Positions 57,529 through 64,000 of a stretch of 64,000 bases of DNA are shown piece after piece. The position numbers and the translations under genes were made by a program. The stretch comes from an uncultured Candidatus Actinomarina sp. GTDB taxonomy: Bacteria; Actinomycetota; Acidimicrobiia; Actinomarinales; Actinomarinaceae. Under the pieces are notes generated by a model that saw nothing but the letters and a program-made list of their open reading frames with translations, made no database searches and had not been told where the DNA came from. The stretch's first letter is position 1. Each line of letters begins with the position of its first letter. The DNA is taken from NCBI GenBank assembly GCA_902634185.1, contig CACPJC010000002.1:96001-160000 (forward strand), in the 5' to 3' direction.

Positions 57529-58125
57529 GTGAGAAAAAAAGTAGCATTATTCATATTATTTTTTTCTTTTTGCTCGCTATTTCAAAATGAAGAACAAGCC
57601 GTGGTATCTGTTGTCGATACAGACAAAGGAAAAGAGGCTATTGCAGCAGGTGTAGAAATTAACGAAGAGAAGGAGGAAATAGCAGATGAAGATGCTCCTC
57701 TTGTTTTAGTTCAATGCGTAAACGAAGCAGGTTATAAATTTCAAGAACCAAAAAACTTTATAGATCTATATACAACAATTTCAACTTATTTCGAGACACT
57801 TACCGAACAAGAAGCAGAAGAACTCTGGAAGTCTATTGAAGATTGTGCACTCAAATACAACTTATGGGGAGTTGCTGATGAGGCACAATTTGAAGACCCA
57901 ATCCAAACTTCAAAAGAACTAGATAGAGCTTTATTTATAGCAAATTGCTTCAGAGAAGAAGGATATGAAAAAGTACCAGACCCTAATTACTTCAATAGAG
58001 ATGTAAATCTTGATGCATATATAGACGAAAATTGGGAACTTAGAGAAGATGATCCTTTAGTTCAAACCTGGCAAGGTTGTGAGGAAAAGTTACCTGAAGA
58101 ACTGAAGGAAGAGTGGGATGATTAA
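57529..58125 (+). CDS. Cys-motif lipoprotein-like protein 3
   Basis: LVQCVNEAG and IANCFREEGYEKVPDP; leaderless TATAAT-6nt-GTG. Confidence 0.7.
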   Translation: MRKKVALFILFFSFCSLFQNEEQAVVSVVDTDKGKEAIAAGVEINEEKEEIADEDAPLVLVQCVNEAGYKFQEPKNFIDLYTTISTYFETLTEQEAEELWKSIEDCALKYNLWGVADEAQFEDPIQTSKELDRALFIANCFREEGYEKVPDPNYFNRDVNLDAYIDENWELREDDPLVQTWQGCEEKLPEELKEEWDD

Positions 58126-58195
58126 AACTTACAATAAAAACTTTGTCTTAATACCGTTAAATACAATACAATGTTTTAAGTAGAAAAATACACAT

Positions 58196-59782
58196 ATGAA
58201 GTTAAATATATTTAAAAACAGAAATTTTTATGTCTTGGTAGTTTTAATTCTTGTTGGTTCTGTAGCCTATTATTTTGGAACCCAAAATACCGAATCTTCA
58301 TCCATAAACAAAACACTACAGCTGACAACTACATCTGTAAAGCAAGGTGATCTTGAAAAGAAAGAAGAATATAACGGTACATTAAGACAAACTGACAGCA
58401 AAATACTTAATAGTCCTATGGCTGGTGTTGTAACTTTTATTCCAGATGAAGGAACTATTGTAAAATTTGGAGAGATACTCTTTGCTGTTGATAACAAACC
58501 AGTCATCCTTGTTGAAGGATCGGTTCCTTTTTATAGAACATTAGATCTTAACTCTGATCCAGGACCAGACGTATTACAGCTTGAAAAAGCTCTAGTTTAT
58601 TTAGGATATGCAGCTGATGGATTTGCTCCAGATGACACTTTTGATGAAATTACTTCACAGATGCTTAACAAGCTTTATCTTGACTACAAAATAGAAACAA
58701 AATCTGAAGTTACTCCATCTGAGCAGGTTGCTATCAATTTGAAAGAAACAGAAGTGAAGAATATTGAAGAAACCATTGACTCAGGTGGGACAACAATTGC
58801 TGAAGTAAATGATAAAAAAAAGAAACTAGACGATGCAAAAGAAGATGCTACAGAAGAGAGCGCAGCTTGGAAAGCTGCAGATACAGCAATTAAAGACGCT
58901 GAAGAGACTTTGACACTTTATAGAGATGAAACAAACCCAAAAACAAAAGAGAAAAAAGCTGATGGAACTTTAGATTCTGCAATTGAAGACTTAGAACAAA
59001 CAATAGAAGAACAAAAAAGAATTAAAGCACTAGAAAAAGGAAAAGAGTCAGGCATAGACGCAACAGAGGCACTTGCAATTGAGACAGCCCAAAAAGCTTA
59101 TAATGATGTTTTAAAAGATTACAACGAAGGAGTTGATCAGGAGGCTGAATTAGCAAAAGCAAAAGAAGAACTAGAAGAACTTAGATTAGCTTCAAAGTCA
59201 GAAACATTTAGTCCAACAAACGCCTATGCATCGGAAACAGCAATAATTGTTGGTTCTTATATAAACAAGGTTGGATCTGCTGTAGTTCTAAACTCACAAC
59301 TTTATAATATTTCTTCAGTTGGAATTGAGGTTGTTTTCCAAGTTGACGCATCAGATCAAGAGACAGTTTCAATTGGAGATAGTGTTGAGATAGAACTTCC
59401 TACAGATGAAAGAGTACCAACGGTGATTACCTTTATAGACCAAGTTGTTACTCAAACTCAAACTGGAGATTTTATTGAGGTGATTCTTGAAGTACTAAAT
59501 CCAGAAGAAATTGAAGCTTATGATCAAGCACCTGTAAAAGTATTTGTTACAACTGAAATATCCGAGAATGTGCTTTATGTACCAGTAAATGCACTAATTG
59601 CTTTAGCTGAGGGAGGTTATGCCTTAGAAATTTATGAAGGTGAAGCTGAAGGAGGAGTTTTTGAGGGTGAGTCAGGAGTTGACACTATCTATGTAGCTGT
59701 TGAAATTGGAGTCTTTACTGATGGGTTTGTAGAAATCAAGGGAAATATTACTAAAGGTCAACTTGTAGTCGTACCACGATGA
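58196..59782 (+). CDS. Membrane-fusion/adaptor protein with peptidoglycan-binding-like segment
   Basis: N-terminal TM, GPDVLQLEKAL..LGY, coiled-coil hairpin, VPVNAL, G.FTDGFVEI. Confidence 0.75.
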   Translation: MKLNIFKNRNFYVLVVLILVGSVAYYFGTQNTESSSINKTLQLTTTSVKQGDLEKKEEYNGTLRQTDSKILNSPMAGVVTFIPDEGTIVKFGEILFAVDNKPVILVEGSVPFYRTLDLNSDPGPDVLQLEKALVYLGYAADGFAPDDTFDEITSQMLNKLYLDYKIETKSEVTPSEQVAINLKETEVKNIEETIDSGGTTIAEVNDKKKKLDDAKEDATEESAAWKAADTAIKDAEETLTLYRDETNPKTKEKKADGTLDSAIEDLEQTIEEQKRIKALEKGKESGIDATEALAIETAQKAYNDVLKDYNEGVDQEAELAKAKEELEELRLASKSETFSPTNAYASETAIIVGSYINKVGSAVVLNSQLYNISSVGIEVVFQVDASDQETVSIGDSVEIELPTDERVPTVITFIDQVVTQTQTGDFIEVILEVLNPEEIEAYDQAPVKVFVTTEISENVLYVPVNALIALAEGGYALEIYEGEAEGGVFEGESGVDTIYVAVEIGVFTDGFVEIKGNITKGQLVVVPR

Positions 59783-60483
59783 AAACCGATACAAAAACTG
59801 TAATTTCAATCAATGATATTTCAAAAGTTTATGAAGGACCACCCCCTGTAAAAGCACTAGATGGAGTTTCTTTAAATGTTAAAGAAGGAGATTTAGTTGC
59901 AATTGTTGGACAATCTGGAAGTGGTAAATCAACTTTACTAAATATGATTGGTTTACTGGATAGTGTTACAGACGGTTCAATTGAAATAGAAGGCAAAGAT
60001 ATATCTGACTTAACAGATAATGAACTCTCAAAATTTAGAGGTGAAAAAATAGGATTCATTTTTCAAAGCTTTTTTCTTCTGCCTGGATTGACCGCACAAG
60101 AGAATGTTGCAGAGGGGTTACTATATCAAGGGATTTCAAGGTCAGAAAGGTTAGAAAAAGCCGGAGACGTTTTAGAACAAGTAGGGCTAGGTGATAGGTT
60201 AAGCCACCTCCCCAAAGAACTTTCCGGTGGTCAGCAACAAAGAGTTGCAATTGCTAGAGCGCTAGTACAAGACCCAGCATTTGTTTTAGCAGATGAGCCA
60301 ACTGGAAATTTGGATAAAGAATCAGGAATAAATATTTTAAATATCTTAAAAGAACTTAATGACCAAGGAAAAACTGTAATTATGATTACTCACAATCAAG
60401 AACATGCAAATATGTTTAAAAAAGTAATTGAATTGGTTGATGGAAAAATTGTGAAAAATGAAAAGAAAAAAACTAAGAACTAG
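59779..60483 (+). CDS. ABC transporter ATP-binding protein (MacB-type)
   Basis: GQSGSGKST, LSGGQQQR, ADEPTGNLD. Confidence 0.95.
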   Translation: MKTDTKTVISINDISKVYEGPPPVKALDGVSLNVKEGDLVAIVGQSGSGKSTLLNMIGLLDSVTDGSIEIEGKDISDLTDNELSKFRGEKIGFIFQSFFLLPGLTAQENVAEGLLYQGISRSERLEKAGDVLEQVGLGDRLSHLPKELSGGQQQRVAIARALVQDPAFVLADEPTGNLDKESGINILNILKELNDQGKTVIMITHNQEHANMFKKVIELVDGKIVKNEKKKTKN

Positions 60484-61642
60484 AGATTTATTTTTTGTTG
60501 CACTTTATGGAGTTCGCGCAAGAAAAGGCAGAGCTACTCTTACTTCTATTGGAATTGGAATTGGAATAGCTGCAATAGTTGCAGTTTCTGGAATATCAGC
60601 ATCTGGAAGGGCTGATTTACTATCAACTCTTGAGTCACTTGGAACAAATCTGGTAAAAGCTTCTCCTCAAGCAGGATTTTTTGGAACTCAAGAAGATTTA
60701 CCAAAAGGAGTCCTCGGAATGGTTGAAAGAATTGGACCAGTTGAAGAAGTAACATCTACAACCCAGACCGATTTACTAGTTCGTAGAAGTAACTTTATAT
60801 CAGAATTTGAAGGTGGGGGAATTTCAACAATAATTACAAGCGCAGAACTTTTGGATGTAATTGGAGGTAATCTTGTTGAAGGCAGGTTCATTACACCTGG
60901 TTTGTCTAATATACCCGTAACCGTGTTAGGAAGTGTTACTGCTGAGAGACTTGGAATTACAAATCTCTCGACACCTACAAAAATTCTCATTGATAATGAA
61001 TGGTTTGGGGTAATAGGGGTATTAGAAGAGCTTAAAATACATCCAGACCTAGATAGATCAGTATTTATAGGTTATGGAGTTGCAAAAACTCTTTTTGATA
61101 TTGACGAGGAACCAACAACAATTTATTTAAGAGCAAATCCTACTTTTATTGAGGATGTTGTTGAGGTATTAGCTCCATCAATGAACCCTGAAAATCCTGA
61201 TCAAGTAGAAGTTACTAGACCCTCAGACGCACTTGAAGCGCAACAAGCAGCTGAAGAAGCATTTACTAATTTATTACTGGGGCTAGGTTCTGTAGCTCTT
61301 CTTGTTGGAGGTGTTGCAATAGCAAACGTAATGGTTATGTCTGTTCTTGAAAGAAGAATGGAAATAGGTGTGAGAAGATCAATTGGTGCAACCCGTAGAG
61401 AAATAAGGTATCAATTTTTATTAGAAAGTATAGTTTTATCAGGAATAGGAGGCCTTGTTGGTGTTGGCCTAGGAACCTTCATTACTTTGGCTTACACTAA
61501 CTACACAGATATTGTATTCTCAATACCTATATGGCAGATTTTAGGAGCAGTCTTTTTAGCCTTATTAATTGGAGCAATTTCAGGTGTATATCCAGCTATA
61601 AAAGCATCAAAAATCCAACCAGCAGAAGCAGTAAGAAAGTAA
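60458..61642 (+). CDS. ABC transporter permease (MacB/FtsX-type)
   Basis: LTSIGIGIG, LLVGGVAIANVM..SVLERR.EIG.RR, GVYPA. Confidence 0.92.
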   Translation: MKRKKLRTRDLFFVALYGVRARKGRATLTSIGIGIGIAAIVAVSGISASGRADLLSTLESLGTNLVKASPQAGFFGTQEDLPKGVLGMVERIGPVEEVTSTTQTDLLVRRSNFISEFEGGGISTIITSAELLDVIGGNLVEGRFITPGLSNIPVTVLGSVTAERLGITNLSTPTKILIDNEWFGVIGVLEELKIHPDLDRSVFIGYGVAKTLFDIDEEPTTIYLRANPTFIEDVVEVLAPSMNPENPDQVEVTRPSDALEAQQAAEEAFTNLLLGLGSVALLVGGVAIANVMVMSVLERRMEIGVRRSIGATRREIRYQFLLESIVLSGIGGLVGVGLGTFITLAYTNYTDIVFSIPIWQILGAVFLALLIGAISGVYPAIKASKIQPAEAVRK

Positions 61643-62160
61643 TCTTTCTTGCTTTGTTGGTTTCCGCCTGCACTATTGGTGAAGAAGAAACTAAGGGTGT
61701 AGTCTCACTCGAAGAAAGTGTATCCTCTACAACAATTATTGAGCAAGTAACTTTTGAAGAAGGGGTTCTAAATTTTGCTCAATGTATGAGAGAAGAAGGC
61801 ATTGACTTTCCAGACCCTTCATTTGATATAGACGGCAATCCAGAATTTGATAATTTAGATATTGAAAACGAAGAAGAATTTGAAGAAGCATTTACAAACT
61901 GTGAAGATATTTTGAGAAACGCTCTTCCTGATCAATTTGATCTTGATCCAGAAGTTGAGGCAGCTTTGGTTGATGCTTCATTAGAATTTTCAAAATGTAT
62001 GAGAGATCAAGGTATCAGCAACTTTCCTGACCCAACACCAGGTGAATTTGGATTTTTTGCATTTAGAGATGCAGATATTGAGTGGACTTCAGACGAGGTT
62101 CAAGAAGCATTTGAAATTTGCCAACCAGAAAATCCTCTTGATTCGATAGGTGATGATTAA
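61531..62160 (+). CDS. Cys-motif lipoprotein 4 (start uncertain)
   Basis: KKVIFLALLVSAC lipobox; FAQCMREEGIDFPDP and FSKCMRDQGISNFPDP. Confidence 0.75.
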   Translation: MADFRSSLFSLINWSNFRCISSYKSIKNPTSRSSKKVIFLALLVSACTIGEEETKGVVSLEESVSSTTIIEQVTFEEGVLNFAQCMREEGIDFPDPSFDIDGNPEFDNLDIENEEEFEEAFTNCEDILRNALPDQFDLDPEVEAALVDASLEFSKCMRDQGISNFPDPTPGEFGFFAFRDADIEWTSDEVQEAFEICQPENPLDSIGDD

Positions 62161-62624
62161 ATTCCTGAATCAAAATACATAGGTGGGCTTACTCCTATTG
62201 TCTGCCAACACAGCCCTTCACTAATTTCACATTCATCATAAGTAAACACCCAAGTAACAACAAAATACTCATTTTTATTATTTAAAATTTTTATTTCATA
62301 ATGAACCATCTCGCCATCTTCTTGAATTACTTCATATGAGTAATCAGTTAAATCAACTATTGCGTTGTATGGAGCAGAAATAAGCATTGATTTAAATCTT
62401 CCAATTGGCCCGGTAACCTCTTTATTGTCTTTGTGAGCATTATTCCAGATTATTTCAACAGCTTTATCTGGGTCCAATGAGAAATTTCTATAGCTTTCCA
62501 TTATCTCAATAAGAACATCCTCAGAATCTTTTTGTTCAACTACAAGATCATTATCAGCATTTGTAGAAGTACAATTGAATAAAAATAAGATAATTAAAAA
62601 TAATTTTTGAAACTTCTTATCCAC
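62157..62624 (-). CDS. Secreted/lipoprotein, DUF4864-like
   Basis: Signal-like N-terminus; GPIGRFKSML...Y, CW.T.GV. Confidence 0.6.
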   Translation of the reverse strand: MDKKFQKLFLIILFLFNCTSTNADNDLVVEQKDSEDVLIEIMESYRNFSLDPDKAVEIIWNNAHKDNKEVTGPIGRFKSMLISAPYNAIVDLTDYSYEVIQEDGEMVHYEIKILNNKNEYFVVTWVFTYDECEISEGLCWQTIGVSPPMYFDSGI

Positions 62625-62712
62625 TAAACACAAGCGTCACAACTAAGTACAAATGCAGTAAGAAAGTTACAAAGAGAAATGACCAAAAAAGTCTTTTTTC
62701 TAATTTACTCAC
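62617..62712 (-). CDS. 31-aa single-TM micro-protein (paralog A)
   Basis: MSKLEKRLFWSFLFVTFLLHLYLVVTLVFSG*; GTG start overlaps the stop of paralog B. Confidence 0.6.
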   Translation of the reverse strand: MSKLEKRLFWSFLFVTFLLHLYLVVTLVFSG

Positions 62713-62816
62713 AATGAGATCGTGACTAAGCCCATTGAATTTAGAACTAAATAGAAGTGAAAAACAAAAGCAACTCCCATGAATGCCCAAAATGTACGTT
62801 TTTCTAATTTACTCAC
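62709..62816 (-). CDS. 35-aa single-TM micro-protein (paralog B)
   Basis: MSKLEKRTFWAFMGVAFVFHFYLVLNSMGLVTISL*. Confidence 0.6.
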   Translation of the reverse strand: MSKLEKRTFWAFMGVAFVFHFYLVLNSMGLVTISL

Positions 62817-62856
62817 AGTTGAATGGTAGTGATAAAAAAAAGTTTTAAGTAATTAA

Positions 62857-63015
62857 TTACTCTCTATTTGCTTTTTCGTATGCTTGACTATAAAGAATTA
62901 AGGTAGGTGCCCATAGTCCAACATAGATTGCTAGCTGTGAATCATCAAGCACAACATAGATTAATACCGATGCGATCACGGAAACTATGCTTGCATAAAG
63001 TCCAAGTTTTATCAT
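62857..63015 (-). CDS. 52-aa two-TM protein with VGLWAPT motif
   Basis: MIKLGLYASIVSVIASVLIYVVLDDSQLAIYVGLWAPTLILYSQAYEKANRE*; AAGGA RBS. Confidence 0.7.
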   Translation of the reverse strand: MIKLGLYASIVSVIASVLIYVVLDDSQLAIYVGLWAPTLILYSQAYEKANRE

Positions 63016-63073
63016 TAAAAGGTCCTTTCAATTAATATTATAATTTACCACAATTATTAGTATTAATTAGTAA

Positions 63074-63217
63074 ATGATAGAAACATTAAGTCAAAACCCG
63101 CTTTCATTGGTATTAATATTTCCAGTTGTAACCCTTACGGTCTTTGTAGTTGGAATAATTAGGATAGATTTAGCTAAATTTCAACAAAAACATGTTTCAG
63201 GCAAAGAAGAAGAATAA
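63074..63217 (+). CDS. 47-aa single-TM micro-protein
   Basis: MIETLSQNPLSLVLIFPVVTLTVFVVGIIRIDLAKFQQKHVSGKEEE*. Confidence 0.55.
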   Translation: MIETLSQNPLSLVLIFPVVTLTVFVVGIIRIDLAKFQQKHVSGKEEE

Positions 63218-63254
63218 TCATTTTTTTGTCACAACAAAATACTTATATTAGATT

Positions 63255-63755
63255 ATGAATTTTGGTGAACTAGAAAACCTTAATGACTCAGAACTCTTTG
63301 ATTTACAGAATAAAATATCAGAAATTGTAAAACTAAGAAATCTTGAAAAAGGAGATTTAGAGGAAATAATTGATAATTCTTTTAATGTAGGTTTTCCAAA
63401 AGTAGATGGCCTAGGACTAAACCCTTGGATTGAGAATTCCTTAATTATTTGCCCTGGAGCAAGAATTGATAAAACAAAAACAAGACATATTTGTAAATTT
63501 ATTGTCATTGACGAGGAATGGTCATGGGAGTCACCACACATGATTAGTGATGTAATACGAAGAGACCAATCTTCAAAAAACTTTAGGCAACATTCGATAA
63601 CGCTGATTTCACCATTTGAAGGCATGAAGGTGCAAGTAATATCTCAAAAATCACAACAGGGAAAACATCTTGTTGAGGGCGTCGAGTCTTTTGAATTTAA
63701 AAACGGGATACTTGAGAAAACTATGACAAAAGCATCAAGATCAAGGGAACATTAA
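63255..63755 (+). CDS. Hypothetical protein
   Basis: 166-aa ATG ORF with normal composition (CPG, HICKF motifs). Confidence 0.7.
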   Translation: MNFGELENLNDSELFDLQNKISEIVKLRNLEKGDLEEIIDNSFNVGFPKVDGLGLNPWIENSLIICPGARIDKTKTRHICKFIVIDEEWSWESPHMISDVIRRDQSSKNFRQHSITLISPFEGMKVQVISQKSQQGKHLVEGVESFEFKNGILEKTMTKASRSREH

Positions 63756-63785
63756 TTATTCACCAAAGTTTTATAATTTAATTAT

Positions 63786-64000
63786 ATGTTAAATGTAGTC
63801 GTAATAGGTGGTGGCTTTGGGGGTCTTAAATTCCTACAACGGGCTAGAAGCAGCAAGATTCAATTTACGCTTATTGATAAACAAAACCATCATTTATTTC
63901 AACCTTTACTCTATCAAGTTGCAACAGCAGTTTTGTCGCCTGCAAACATCGCTTTTCCAATAAGAAGAATGTTTAAAAATTTTAAAAATGTAAAAGTTAT
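63786..64000 (+). CDS. ndh: Type II NADH dehydrogenase-like FAD oxidoreductase (partial)
   Basis: VVVIGGGFGG, IDKQNHHLFQPLLYQVATA; runs off the window end. Confidence 0.85.
   Translation, partial: MLNVVVIGGGFGGLKFLQRARSSKIQFTLIDKQNHHLFQPLLYQVATAVLSPANIAFPIRRMFKNFKNVKV

Noticed and set aside
3805-63625. Numerous antisense or overlapping short ORFs in the supplied track (e.g. 12953-13402, 35812-36279, 48971-49357, 63248-63625)
   Set aside because: They lie opposite or within well-supported genes and show no recognisable motifs

Overview
AT-rich, densely packed bacterial chromosome segment spanning the replication origin (cca-trxB-cwlM-like/parB-parA-rsmG-jag-yidC-yidD-rnpA-rpmH | dnaA-dnaN-dciA-like-gyrB-gyrA-DUF3566). 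The gene order and families are actinobacterial. With the low GC and very short intergenic spaces, this suggests a streamlined marine actinobacterium such as Ca. Actinomarina (inference). I found no rRNA, tRNA, CRISPR array or mobile element. Regulatory elements readable from the sequence are a perfect parS, a Trp attenuator before trpB2, a cobalamin riboswitch, a Zur box, tandem ARG boxes and many leaderless promoters. The least explained signals are: (1) a duplicated, independently promoted ~90-nt structured RNA whose upstream 14-mer (AAAGTTCGCGAAAA) also occurs in the rpmH-dnaA origin region, which lacks canonical DnaA boxes; (2) two more candidate sRNAs sharing TTGAGYCACT; (3) a six-gene operon of three tandem-ABM-like proteins and three membrane proteins; (4) several unannotated micro-ORFs, including MFCPECGCEDEN and a pair of paralogous His-containing TM peptides; (5) a MacAB-like ABC operon with four paralogous Cys-motif lipoproteins; (6) GyrA with an N-terminal AAKKT repeat tail and a non-canonical QRDR. 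All product calls come from motif recognition, not database searches.
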